Part shown: positions 44,773-54,815 of the stretch, piece after piece
Layout: each line of letters begins with the position of its first letter
How positions within the stretch are numbered: the first letter of the stretch is position 1
NCBI GenBank assembly: GCA_902475415.1
Contig: CABRZK010000001.1
Span: forward strand, 1-63,092
DNA: 63,092 nt
Direction: 5' to 3'
Origin: an uncultured Eubacterium sp.
GTDB lineage: Bacteria; Bacillota; Clostridia; Lachnospirales; Lachnospiraceae
Translations under genes and position numbers: made by a program
Notes under the pieces: model-generated
Told to the model about the DNA's origin: nothing
What the model saw: the letters and a program-made list of their open reading frames with translations, nothing else
Database searches by the model: none

Positions 44773-45555
44773 TTATTTAAGAAACGCTGTACTGGCGTAT
44801 TCAGATGCCGGAATCCAGTTTTCGTAAGGCAGCATATGTCCAAGATGATCCATGACTTTCGCCTGAGAAGCATATAGTTTTGTGAGACAGAGCTTGGACT
44901 CAAGATCATCTGAAGTGAGTGGATTTTCCAGATATGTCTGGTAGTTTTCCTTTTCCATATTTTTTGCTTTTACATAGGTGCCAAAGTAATATAAGTGGTC
45001 AGTTAATTTTTGCTGCTCAACAGCCTGAGTGGTGATGGCACTGGTCATCTGATGGTGGATATGCCCGTATTCGCCATCCGGATTATGTGTGGCAATTGTG
45101 GCCCAGTTCTTTTTGCTGACAATGGTATCAATATCTTTCTGAATCTGTTCTTTGCAGGAATCCCAGTTGTCGCGTTCACCGTTCGTTTTATCTGGATAGG
45201 TCAGCATGAGACCGATGGAGCCGGTCTGTTTCATGACATTGGCAAATTCTTTGCGTCGTGTGCTGTTGGTTCCGTTGGTGATACAGACAACGACATATTT
45301 GCCGTTTTCCAGATGGGAACCACCCCAGATTGTTTCATCATCCGGATGTGCAACGACCATCAGAGAGTCATAATCTTTTAAGGCATCTTCCGGGACGGAT
45401 TTCAGATCCTGGATTTTTTTCTCAGTATCGCCGGAAAAATACCAGAGGCTTCGGGAATCGGAAAATCTGCTAAACAGTGCTTCTCCTTTGAAACATACGG
45501 CAATAATGAGGATGATGCCGATAATCAGAACAGTAATTTTTTTCTTTTTTGTCAT
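44773..45555 (-). CDS. PIG-L family deacetylase, membrane-anchored
   Basis: VVAHPDDE, GEYGHIHH, N-terminal TM helix. Confidence 0.85.
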   Translation of the reverse strand: MTKKKKITVLIIGIILIIAVCFKGEALFSRFSDSRSLWYFSGDTEKKIQDLKSVPEDALKDYDSLMVVAHPDDETIWGGSHLENGKYVVVCITNGTNSTRRKEFANVMKQTGSIGLMLTYPDKTNGERDNWDSCKEQIQKDIDTIVSKKNWATIATHNPDGEYGHIHHQMTSAITTQAVEQQKLTDHLYYFGTYVKAKNMEKENYQTYLENPLTSDDLESKLCLTKLYASQAKVMDHLGHMLPYENWIPASEYASTAFLK

Positions 45556-45809
45556 TTTGTATCTCTCTCCTTTATTTCCCCAGAGCAATATATAGTATGC
45601 TCATAATATTTGATGAAAAGACTGGTTATATATGAATTGTAAATGGAACAAAAATCTCATTGCTATAAACTATATTATAACAATGAGATTTTAAAATTAT
45701 ATGAAGTTTTTTATAATTACTCTTAATTACAGCATATTTTGAAGTTATGTACTTGTAAAAATATCCTGCGTTTTATATGAGCTTGTTTCCAGGACATACC
45801 ATACGGGAA

Positions 45810-46799
45810 CTATTTATTGAAAATATCTTTGCCGTATTTTGTTACTTCATCAATATAGATGCCAAAGGTTTCTTTATTTGTAGGAATATAGTATGGCATG
45901 TAGCGTCCTTTTCCTACATAGGTATCCATAGCGCGGCGAACTTCAGCACGAATTACTTCTTCACTAGTTCCCTTCTGATCGATCATCTGGTTATCGATAC
46001 CACCCATAAGAGTGATCTTGTCTCCGCAGGATGCCAGACAGCCTTCGATATCGTTACAGAGCATTACCGGCTCTAATGCATCGATGCCGATTTCTGCCAG
46101 TTCCGGAATGATCTTGTCGACATTACCACAGGAGTGATGGATGTAGAGCATACCGTGATCGTGGATACGTTTTACGTATTTTTCTTCGTTTGGTTTTATG
46201 AATTCGCGCCAGATTTCCGGGGAGAAAAACAGATTTTTATTTGTTCCCCAGTCGTCATGCATATGAATGACATCCGGTTTCAGATATTTGTAAGCAAGGT
46301 CAATACATTTTAATTTATATTCACACATAGCATCAAAAAACTCATGTACTTCGTCCGGATATTCATAGAAAGCACAAAGTGCATTTTCCATACCGATGAG
46401 CTGATTCATACGTTCAAACTGTCCGGAAAGAATCAGACAGGAAACCACATCAGTCTCCGGATTTACATGCATGCCGGCACACATCCCCTGAAAAATCTGC
46501 TCAATCGGCATAAAATCCAATGGCGGGAATTTCACTTTTTCTTTCCATTCATCCATGTCGTCAAATAATTTGAAATTTTTGGCAACCATATTTCCATCGA
46601 TGACAGGATCAGGTCCCTGATTGGTCCAAAGTACGCCCCAGGCGTCCGGACCGGTTCCGTAAGGATCGAATTTGTCTCCAAGTTCGATGTATCGGTCTCC
46701 CGGGAAAACCACATCTTTCATAGTAGAATATACTTCCGGGATAAAATCTGCTTTTTCACCTTTTAACAGTGCCAGCAGTGCTTCTTTGTTTGTTTGCAT
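45810..46799 (-). CDS. Uroporphyrinogen decarboxylase / MtaA-CmuA superfamily protein
   Basis: DAWGVLW, HDDWG...FFSPEIWREF, HSCG, LMGGID. Confidence 0.85.
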   Translation of the reverse strand: MQTNKEALLALLKGEKADFIPEVYSTMKDVVFPGDRYIELGDKFDPYGTGPDAWGVLWTNQGPDPVIDGNMVAKNFKLFDDMDEWKEKVKFPPLDFMPIEQIFQGMCAGMHVNPETDVVSCLILSGQFERMNQLIGMENALCAFYEYPDEVHEFFDAMCEYKLKCIDLAYKYLKPDVIHMHDDWGTNKNLFFSPEIWREFIKPNEEKYVKRIHDHGMLYIHHSCGNVDKIIPELAEIGIDALEPVMLCNDIEGCLASCGDKITLMGGIDNQMIDQKGTSEEVIRAEVRRAMDTYVGKGRYMPYYIPTNKETFGIYIDEVTKYGKDIFNK

Positions 46800-47021
46800 T
46801 TTTCCTTCTCCTTCAAATTAAATTCAAGTCGAACGCATGTGAGACTTGGTGCGTGATTCTGAGATGAAATATCATTCAGTAAACCATCGGTTACGTTGTA
46901 TCTATTATAACAATTTCAGACCGGGAAGAAAAATAATGATTTGTTTACCTGTCATATGATTTATGGTATGATAAATCCTGAAATGTTAAGGACTTATGGG
47001 GAAATAAGGAGAAGCCAAGAG

Positions 47022-47933
47022 ATGAATGACCGGCAGATTGTATGTTTTTTAGAAGCTGTGAAAGAACGGAACTTTACAAAAGTAGCAGAAAAATTGTATC
47101 TGACACAGCCGGGGGTCAGCAGAATGATCGCTACGCTGGAGAAGGAATTAAATACAAAGCTGTTTGCGCGTTCCGCACATAAGACGTTGGAGCTGACACA
47201 GAGCGGAAAATTATATTACGAAATGTTTGAAAAATGCAGTCGGGAGTTTGAAGAGACAAAGAAGAAAAGTGAATTGATCCAGCGTGAAAATACCGATATC
47301 ACGACATTGAAGTTCGGATATGTACGGGGATGGAGTATAACAGGATTTTATCCGCTGATGCTGGATGCATTGCAGGAGGAGTTTCCATATCTGAACGTGG
47401 ATCTGGAGAGCCATTCTTATGAGCGGCTGTATGATCTGCTTTACAGTGGAAATCTCGATTTTATTCTGACCATGAATTTTCCGGAGATGGAGAAATTGCA
47501 CAGTGATCTGGAAGTAATGGAAATCTGCCAGGTACCGCAGGCAGTGATTTATCCAAAAAAATTCGGAACAAAAAAAGATATTGCGGATTTTCAGGATTCT
47601 GTTTTTTATCTGTCGGCAGATGCACCGGTGGAATATTCCAGGGCAAATCTGGAACAGATTTGTGTGCAGAAAGAATTTATTCCTAAGACAAAAGTGGTGC
47701 CAAATCATGCCACGCTATTGTCACTGATGGATCGGGAGGACAGTGCGGCAATTATGGATCTGTGGTGTCAGCCAATTTATGACAAAAAATTTAAATACGT
47801 GCGCCTGGAAGCATCGGTTCCGATCGTTGGAGCGTTCCGAAAAAACTGTGCCCATGCAAAAATTATCCGGATGTTGTATAAGACGCTGGCGGAACGCTAT
47901 GAGGAAGAAGTCATGATTATTATTCGAAAATGA
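47022..47933 (+). CDS. LysR-family transcriptional regulator
   Basis: NFTKVAEKLYLTQPGVSRMIATLEKEL; divergent from the URO-D-like gene. Confidence 0.9.
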   Translation: MNDRQIVCFLEAVKERNFTKVAEKLYLTQPGVSRMIATLEKELNTKLFARSAHKTLELTQSGKLYYEMFEKCSREFEETKKKSELIQRENTDITTLKFGYVRGWSITGFYPLMLDALQEEFPYLNVDLESHSYERLYDLLYSGNLDFILTMNFPEMEKLHSDLEVMEICQVPQAVIYPKKFGTKKDIADFQDSVFYLSADAPVEYSRANLEQICVQKEFIPKTKVVPNHATLLSLMDREDSAAIMDLWCQPIYDKKFKYVRLEASVPIVGAFRKNCAHAKIIRMLYKTLAERYEEEVMIIIRK

Positions 47934-48126
47934 CGAGGGCATTCCTGAAAAAGCGTATGAGAAGAGCAAATTTTTCGTTTGTTCTTCTTTTTTTGCGATA
48001 AATCGTGCAAGATATATAATATTTAATATTTTTTGCAAAAAAGTCGTGACTAACCGAAGAAATTGTAGTAGAATAAATCCAATGAGTAAATTTCCAATCA
48101 GGAAATGGAACGGAGGAAGCTGCAAA

Positions 48127-48858
48127 ATGCAGGAAAAATTAAAAAAGCTCATTGGAGACAACATTAATTTTGTATTTGTCGGCGAAGCCGGAAGCGGAAA
48201 AAGCGAGATTTCCATTAATTTCGCAAAGTGGCTGGTGCAGCTTCAGGACAAGCCGGTACATTTCTTTGACATGGACATGACAAAGCCACTGTTTCGTTCC
48301 AGAGATGTCGAAGCACAGATGGAGGCAATGGGAATTATCTGCCACCATGAGAAGCAGTTTATGGATGCACCGACGGTTGTCGGAGGTGTCAATCGCCTGC
48401 TGAAGGACGAAGACTGTTATGTGGTTATGGATGTCGGCGGAGATCACATCGGAGCGCGTGCCATTGGCGGTTATGCACCGAAGCTGAACAAGGACAATAC
48501 CATCGTATATTATGTATTGAATGCATATCGCCCATGGTCAAATGATATTGATCATATTGATGGTACACTGGGACAGATTCTTGGTGTTTCCCACATTCAG
48601 CTCGGTAAGCTTCACATGGTAAACAATCCGAACAACGGACTTACCACAACTGCAAAAGAATTTATCGAGGGCAGCCGCAAGATGGCTGAGATGGTGACAC
48701 CGTATATTGCGGTGGATTTTGCATGCGTGAGAGAAGATCTGTACGAAGAAGTAAAGGATTCTTCAGATGTGCCGGTATTTCCGGTGGAATTATATCTGAC
48801 CTATCCGTGGTTACAGACGGATCTTCCGAATGGTCAGCCGGTTCCGGGCCGGGGGTAA
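48127..48858 (+). CDS. P-loop NTPase preceding the oxidoreductase operon
   Basis: GEAGSGKSE, DMDMTKPLFRSR, MDVGGD. Confidence 0.8.
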   Translation: MQEKLKKLIGDNINFVFVGEAGSGKSEISINFAKWLVQLQDKPVHFFDMDMTKPLFRSRDVEAQMEAMGIICHHEKQFMDAPTVVGGVNRLLKDEDCYVVMDVGGDHIGARAIGGYAPKLNKDNTIVYYVLNAYRPWSNDIDHIDGTLGQILGVSHIQLGKLHMVNNPNNGLTTTAKEFIEGSRKMAEMVTPYIAVDFACVREDLYEEVKDSSDVPVFPVELYLTYPWLQTDLPNGQPVPGRG

Positions 48859-48952
48859 GATATCCGGAAAGTAAGCTTTCAAACACTGCACGTTAGTGTT
48901 TAAAAAATAATTAATAACAAGTATTTATTATCTTGAGAGGAGGATTTAATCG

Positions 48953-49156
48953 ATGGCAAAAATCGTGGTTAAATCAGAACGCTGTAAAAGCTGTGGTTAC
49001 TGCATCAAATTCTGTCCAAAGAACGTACTGGAAATCGGACATGATGTAAACTCTAAGGGTTATGAGTATGTAGTACCGACAAACATGGATGCTTGTATCG
49101 CCTGTTGTATGTGCGGACGTATCTGTCCGGATGGTGCGATTGAGATCTACAAATAA
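48953..49156 (+). CDS. 2x[4Fe-4S] ferredoxin-like delta subunit
   Basis: CKSCGYCIKFCP and CIACCMCGRICP. Confidence 0.92.
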   Translation: MAKIVVKSERCKSCGYCIKFCPKNVLEIGHDVNSKGYEYVVPTNMDACIACCMCGRICPDGAIEIYK

Positions 49157-49171
49157 GGAGGTAGAAAGATT

Positions 49172-50248
49172 ATGGCAAGAGTATTAATGAAAGGCTGTGA
49201 GGCTATCGCTGAAGCAGCAGTAAGAGCCGGCTGTAGATTTTTCGCCGGATATCCTATCACACCGCAGAACGAGATTCCAGAGTACTTCGCAAGAAGACTT
49301 CCGGAAGTAGGCGGTAACTTTGTACAGGGTGAGTCTGAGGTTGCATCTGTAAACATGGTATACGGAGCAGCAGCAGCAGGAACAAGATCTATGACATCTT
49401 CTTCCAGCCCGGGAATCGCATTAAAGAGCGAGGGAATCTCCTATTGTGCAGCAGCACGTGTTCCAATTGTGTACGCAAACATCTCCAGAGGAGGCCCAGG
49501 TGTAGGTGCTATCCAGCCGGCACAGCAGGATTATTTCCAGGCTACAAAAGCTTCCGGTAACGGTGGTTTCCGTATGATGGTTCTGGCTCCGTCTACTGTA
49601 CAGGAGGCAGTTGACCTTACATATGCAGCATTTGATTATGCAGATCGTGACATGAACCCGGTTCTGCTTCTTGCAGACGGTGTAATCGGTACTATGATGG
49701 AGCCGGTTGAACTTCCTGAGATGAAGACAGAGGAAGAGATTGCTGCAATCAAAGAAGGCAAAAAGAAATGGGCTTGTATCGGTCATGAGCTTGACTATGC
49801 AAACCGTTCCTGGATCCAGCCAGGTCAGTGGGATACAAAGAAAATGCAGGCATGGAACGAAGATGCTGCAAAAATGTATGCCAGCTGGGAAAAAGATGTA
49901 ATGGTAGAAGAGTATCAGGTAGAGGATGCTGAGCTTGTTCTTACAGCTTATGGTATCTCCGCCCGTATCTGCAAATCTGTTGTAGATATGCTTCGTAAAG
50001 AAGGATACAAGATCGGTCTGATCCGTCCTATTACAGTCAGCCCGTTCCCATATGCTTCTTATGACAAGATCAACTACGATATCTGTAAAGCAGTTCTTGA
50101 TGTAGAGATGTCTATCCCGGCACAGTTCATCGAGGACGTAGAGATGGGTGTTAAAGGTCGTTGCGCTATCGAGACATGCCTGTGCTCCGGTGGTAACATC
50201 ATGAGCCGTGAGGCAGTTATCGAGGCTGTTAAAAAGATTTTAGGATAA
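49172..50248 (+). CDS. vorB: 2-oxoacid:ferredoxin oxidoreductase alpha subunit (VorB-like)
   Basis: AGYPITPQ, QGESE, TSSSSPG, RGGPG. Confidence 0.85.
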   Translation: MARVLMKGCEAIAEAAVRAGCRFFAGYPITPQNEIPEYFARRLPEVGGNFVQGESEVASVNMVYGAAAAGTRSMTSSSSPGIALKSEGISYCAAARVPIVYANISRGGPGVGAIQPAQQDYFQATKASGNGGFRMMVLAPSTVQEAVDLTYAAFDYADRDMNPVLLLADGVIGTMMEPVELPEMKTEEEIAAIKEGKKKWACIGHELDYANRSWIQPGQWDTKKMQAWNEDAAKMYASWEKDVMVEEYQVEDAELVLTAYGISARICKSVVDMLRKEGYKIGLIRPITVSPFPYASYDKINYDICKAVLDVEMSIPAQFIEDVEMGVKGRCAIETCLCSGGNIMSREAVIEAVKKILG

Positions 50249-50265
50249 TAAGGAGGATACGGAAC

Positions 50266-51003
50266 ATGGAATTAGTTTATTCAAGAACAAAAACAATCCA
50301 GGAAGATAAAGTATCCGGATTCTGCCCGGGCTGTATGCACAGCACGGTTGTAAAATTAATCGGTGAAGCTCTTGAAGAGATGAACCTGGTAGAGAAAGCA
50401 GTTATGGTTACTGGTATCGGATGCTGCGGTCTTCACATGGATTATATCGCATATGATACAATTACAGCACCGCATGGTCGTGCCTGTGCAGTAGCAACAG
50501 GTATGAAGAGAAGCAATCCGGACAGCCTGTACTTCACATATCAGGGTGATGGTGACTTCGCTTCCATCGGTCTTGCAGAGTCTGTTTCTGCAGCAAACCG
50601 TGGTGAGAACATCACTGTTATCTTCATCAACAATGGTATTTACGGTATGACAGGTGGACAGATGGCTCCGACTACTCTGGTTGGTATGAAAGCTTCCACA
50701 GCTCCGAAAGGACGTATCCCGGAAGAGCATGGTTACCCGATGCATATGTGTGAGATTTTAGACAAACTGACAGCTCCGGCTTACCTGGTAAGAACAAGCT
50801 GCAATACTCCGCAGAATGTTATCAAAACCAAAAATGCAATCAAAAAAGCGTTCCAGAATCAGATCGACGGAAAAGGTTTCTCTATGGTAGAGATCGTAAC
50901 AAGCTGCCCGACAAACTGGGGACTTGAGCCGTTAGACGCATTGGATTTCATCGAGCAGAAAATGCTTCCGGAATATCCGCTGGGCGTAATCAGAGATAAA
51001 TAG
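50266..51003 (+). CDS. 2-oxoacid:ferredoxin oxidoreductase beta subunit (TPP-binding)
   Basis: FCPGC, GIGC, GDGD...NNGIYGMTGGQ. Confidence 0.92.
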   Translation: MELVYSRTKTIQEDKVSGFCPGCMHSTVVKLIGEALEEMNLVEKAVMVTGIGCCGLHMDYIAYDTITAPHGRACAVATGMKRSNPDSLYFTYQGDGDFASIGLAESVSAANRGENITVIFINNGIYGMTGGQMAPTTLVGMKASTAPKGRIPEEHGYPMHMCEILDKLTAPAYLVRTSCNTPQNVIKTKNAIKKAFQNQIDGKGFSMVEIVTSCPTNWGLEPLDALDFIEQKMLPEYPLGVIRDK

Positions 51004-51015
51004 GAGGAAGACAAT

Positions 51016-51564
51016 ATGGAAACAAATTTATGTGTTGCCGGATTCGGCGGACAGGGTGTCATGACTCTTGGTAAATTCCTTGCATCTGCAACCTGTGATT
51101 CTACAGATAAAAACGTTACTTTCTTCCCGTCCTACGGCGCTGAGCAGCGTGGTGGTACAGCGAACTGTTTCGTTGTAATCTCCGACGAGATGGTAGGTGC
51201 ACCTCTGGGTGATGTTATGGACGATCTGATCGTTATGAACGGTCCGTCCCTGCAGAAGTTCCTCCCGACTCTGAAACAGGGTGGTACACTTTTCATCAAC
51301 AGCTCTATCGTACCGGAAGAGGATATCGACAGAACTGATATCAAAGTGGTAAAAGCTCCGGTTACAGAGATGGCTCTGGAAATGGGAAATGCAAAAGTAT
51401 TAAACGTAATCATGCTTGGTGTATACGTTGGTTATACAGAGGTTGTATCTCCGGAAGTTGTATGGGGAACCATTGAGCATAAACTTGCTAAAAAAGCAAA
51501 ATTACTTCCACTGAACAAAGAAGCTTTCGAGAAAGGTCTGGAGATCGGACGTTCTCAGAGATAA
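51016..51564 (+). CDS. 2-oxoacid:ferredoxin oxidoreductase gamma subunit
   Basis: AGFGGQG, PSYGAEQRGG. Confidence 0.92.
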   Translation: METNLCVAGFGGQGVMTLGKFLASATCDSTDKNVTFFPSYGAEQRGGTANCFVVISDEMVGAPLGDVMDDLIVMNGPSLQKFLPTLKQGGTLFINSSIVPEEDIDRTDIKVVKAPVTEMALEMGNAKVLNVIMLGVYVGYTEVVSPEVVWGTIEHKLAKKAKLLPLNKEAFEKGLEIGRSQR

Positions 51565-51620
51565 TCAGCTGTAAGTAGTTGAACTTATCACATAGTGAGA
51601 TTTACATTTGTATAAAAAAT

Positions 51621-51663
51621 AAAAATGCGACTGATTCGTGAATGGCGGATCAGTCGTATTTTT
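51621..51663 (+). terminator. Intrinsic terminator
   Basis: AAAATGCGACTGATTCG...CGGATCAGTCGTATTTTT. Confidence 0.7.
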
Positions 51664-51972
51664 GTTTGTCAGAAAAGAAACTTATTTTTACAGAGATTAC
51701 AGGGGAATAGAGGGTTGTTCCAGTGCCTGTGCAAAAACATCCAGATGAGGATATCGCCATGCAACGACCAGATTAGCACGCTGCAATCCGTGCAGTTTTT
51801 CCAACGGGAATTTTTTTAGGTTTTCCCTGTTATTTTTATAAAAAATTTATGTTTCGGCCAGAAAAAACTGTGGGAATAAGGATAGAATAATGGTAAAATA
51901 AATTTATATAAAGGTATCAGACAAGCGTCTGAACAGTGATAAAAATTTGTGGTTTTCAGAGGAGAAAAAGAG

Positions 51973-52110
51973 ATGGAGAAAATTTATTTTAAAATGAAAC
52001 ATTCCGGGATATTGGGGATTATCGCCGGTGTGTGTGCCATGATCATTGGTCTGCTGGTCATGATTTCAGGAATTGTGTTACTGAAAAACAAATCGGATAT
52101 TATTTTTTAA
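51973..52110 (+). CDS. Small membrane protein (45 aa, absent from the ORF track)
   Basis: MEKIYFKMKHSGILGIIAGVCAMIIGLLVMISGIVLLKNKSDIIF; GAGGAG RBS. Confidence 0.65.
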   Translation: MEKIYFKMKHSGILGIIAGVCAMIIGLLVMISGIVLLKNKSDIIF

Positions 52111-52190
52111 CCAAATTAAGAAGGTCCCCTGTTCTAATTGCGTGAAGCAATAAGCGGGGGTTTTCTTATCGCTGGGAAAAGGAGAAACGT

Positions 52191-52448
52191 ATGATCGCAG
52201 CATTTAGTGGGACAACGATTTATGAGGGGACAGATGTGACAGAGTACAATCGTATCTGTGAGATGCTTTCTACTCATAAGATTCGGTATAAAACACATAC
52301 AACAAGTACGGATAAGCGGACAGGGGTTCGAAATTTCCGTGGACATGGAGTCACGACCGGTGTAGATACAAAGGAACTGTATCAATATTCTATCTGTGTG
52401 CGCAGAGAGGATATGGAAAAAGCAAAGCGGCTTGTAGCAGGAAAATAA
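52191..52448 (+). CDS. Hypothetical protein (85 aa)
   Basis: AAGGAG RBS; C-terminal YSICVRREDMEKAK. Confidence 0.7.
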   Translation: MIAAFSGTTIYEGTDVTEYNRICEMLSTHKIRYKTHTTSTDKRTGVRNFRGHGVTTGVDTKELYQYSICVRREDMEKAKRLVAGK

Positions 52449-52486
52449 AATATAGCAAATTGAACAAAAATTTTCAAAAAAGATAG

Positions 52487-52523
52487 AAATGTTTGCTGTC
52501 AAACTGTTTGACGGCAAACATTT
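52487..52523. promoter_or_regulatory. Palindromic operator, probably bound by the adjacent MarR
   Basis: AAATGTTTGCTGTCAAAC-T-GTTTGACGGCAAACATTT (one mismatch), overlapping TTGACG and upstream of TATAAT. Confidence 0.7.
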
Positions 52524-52563
52524 TTTGCGTTATAATAATAACGCTTTGGGAAGGAGGAGCGTT

Positions 52564-53052
52564 ATGAAAAAGGATTGCATCGGGAATGATGTTCGGATCC
52601 TGTCACATCAGATTCACCGCTGGATCGAAAATTCACCGAATAAAAAGAAAATAGACAGTCTTACAGGGGCCAATGCCTGGATCATTGGATATATTTCAGA
52701 TAAAACAAAAAATAACGAAGATGTATTTCAGAAAGATTTAGAGAAAAATTTTGAGATTACCCGTTCTACGGCATCGAAGGTAGTCAACCTGATGGTAGAA
52801 AAAGGGATGATCGAGCGTCAGAGTGTGCCATGGGATGCACGTTTGAAAAAGCTTGTGCTGACCGACAGAGGCAGAGCAATTCATGATCTGATGCTGGATG
52901 ATTTTACTGTGATAGAGCAGACATTATCTCAGGGATTTACTGAGAAAGAGCTGGCACAGTTCTTTGATTACATACATCGCATGCAGAAAAATATGAAAGA
53001 AAGTCTGGAAGACAGATTAAAAAATAAAAAACAGGAGGAAAGTAAAACGTGA
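52564..53052 (+). CDS. MarR-family regulator
   Basis: QKDLEKNFEITRSTASKVVNLM, DARLKKLVLT; AGGAGG RBS. Confidence 0.9.
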   Translation: MKKDCIGNDVRILSHQIHRWIENSPNKKKIDSLTGANAWIIGYISDKTKNNEDVFQKDLEKNFEITRSTASKVVNLMVEKGMIERQSVPWDARLKKLVLTDRGRAIHDLMLDDFTVIEQTLSQGFTEKELAQFFDYIHRMQKNMKESLEDRLKNKKQEESKT

Positions 53053-54815
53053 AACTTGTAAAAAAGTTAATGGAATCTCTGCGGGAATTTAAAAAATCGA
53101 GTATTCTGACTCCGGTTTATGTTACCGTGGAAGTTATCATGGAAGTACTGATCCCATTTGTTATGGCAAGTCTGATCGATAAAGGTATCGAAGCCGGAAA
53201 AATGTCCGTAATCTGGAAATATGGAATCATACTTTTAGTATTTGCAATGATCTCACTGGCCTTCGGGTCAATGGCAGGACATCAGGCATCTATTGCATCC
53301 TGTGGTCTTGCCCAGAACTTAAGAAAGGATATGTATTACCGCATTCAGAACTTCTCATTTTCCAATATTGATAAGTTCTCAACGGCAAGTATCGTAACAC
53401 GTCTGACCACAGATGTGACCAACGTACAGAATGCCTATCAGATGCTGATCCGTGTGGCAGTCCGTGCACCGATCATGATCATCTTTGCAATGGTAATGTC
53501 CTTTAGTATCAATGTGAAAATCTCTCTGATTTTCCTTGCAACCATTCCGGTGCTTGGATTTATTCTGATCTGGCTGGCTCAGTATGTACATCCGTATTTT
53601 GAGCGTGTGTTCAACACATATGACCGTCTGAATGAAGTCGTACAGGAGAACCTGCATGGTGTCAGAGTTGTAAAATCCTTTATCCGTGAGGATCATGAGG
53701 ATGAGAAATTTGGAAAAATCTCTCAGAAAATCTATAAAGACTTTGCAAAAGCAGAGAAATTGCTTGCATTTAACTCACCTGCTATGATGTCTGCCATTAA
53801 TGTCTGTTTGCTGGCAGTTGCATGGATCGGAGCAAAGGCAATCATTGTCAGTGGAAATACGCCGGGCATCGCCGGTGGTATGACAACCGGTGAACTGATG
53901 AGTCTGTTTTCTTATGCAATTCAGATCCTGATGTGTCTGATGATGATCTCCATGGTATTTGTAATGGTTATCATTGCGAGATCTTCTGCAGAACGTATCG
54001 TTGAGATTCTGGAAGAGGAAAGCGATATTCAGAACAAAGAAAATCCGGTAACAGAAGTAGCTGACGGATCTATTGAATTCGAAAATGTACAGTTTTATTA
54101 TGCGAAGAAAGCCGATAAACCGGTACTGGATAATATTAATCTGAAAATTGCTTCCGGTGAAACAATTGGTATCATCGGTGGAACAGGTTCTGCAAAATCC
54201 AGTCTGGTGCAGCTGATTCCGCGACTGTATGATGTGGCATCCGGTGATGTCAAAGTCGGTGGCATAGATGTCCGTGACTATGACCTTGAGACACTGCGTG
54301 ATGCGGTAGCTATGGTACTTCAGAAAAATGTCTTATTCTCCGGCACAATCAAGGAAAACCTGCGTTGGGGTAATGAGAAAGCAACGGATGAGGAGCTGAT
54401 CCATGCATGTCAGCTGGCTCAGGCTGATGACTTCGTACAGACATTTCCGCATAAATACGACACTTATATCGAGCAGGGTGGAAATAATGTTTCCGGTGGA
54501 CAGAAACAGCGTCTGTGTATTGCCCGTGCGTTACTGAAGAAACCGAAGATTTTGATTCTGGATGATTCTACCAGTGCGGTAGACACCAAGACAGATGCGC
54601 TCATCCGTAAGGCTTTCCTGGAGGAAATTCCGGATACGACCAAGATTATTATCGCGCAGCGTATTTCTTCCGTACAGGATGCGGATCATATCATCGTTAT
54701 GGATGATGGTAAGATCAGTGCGTATGGCACACATGATGAATTATTGAAGAACAGTGATATCTATCGTGAAGTATATGAATCACAGGTGAAAGGAGGAAGT
54801 GACGATGAGCAGTAA
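53049..54815 (+). CDS. Heterodimeric ABC exporter, subunit with degenerate site
   Basis: TMD plus NBD; GGTGSAKS, VSGGQKQR, LDD. Confidence 0.92.
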   Translation: MKLVKKLMESLREFKKSSILTPVYVTVEVIMEVLIPFVMASLIDKGIEAGKMSVIWKYGIILLVFAMISLAFGSMAGHQASIASCGLAQNLRKDMYYRIQNFSFSNIDKFSTASIVTRLTTDVTNVQNAYQMLIRVAVRAPIMIIFAMVMSFSINVKISLIFLATIPVLGFILIWLAQYVHPYFERVFNTYDRLNEVVQENLHGVRVVKSFIREDHEDEKFGKISQKIYKDFAKAEKLLAFNSPAMMSAINVCLLAVAWIGAKAIIVSGNTPGIAGGMTTGELMSLFSYAIQILMCLMMISMVFVMVIIARSSAERIVEILEEESDIQNKENPVTEVADGSIEFENVQFYYAKKADKPVLDNINLKIASGETIGIIGGTGSAKSSLVQLIPRLYDVASGDVKVGGIDVRDYDLETLRDAVAMVLQKNVLFSGTIKENLRWGNEKATDEELIHACQLAQADDFVQTFPHKYDTYIEQGGNNVSGGQKQRLCIARALLKKPKILILDDSTSAVDTKTDALIRKAFLEEIPDTTKIIIAQRISSVQDADHIIVMDDGKISAYGTHDELLKNSDIYREVYESQVKGGSDDEQ

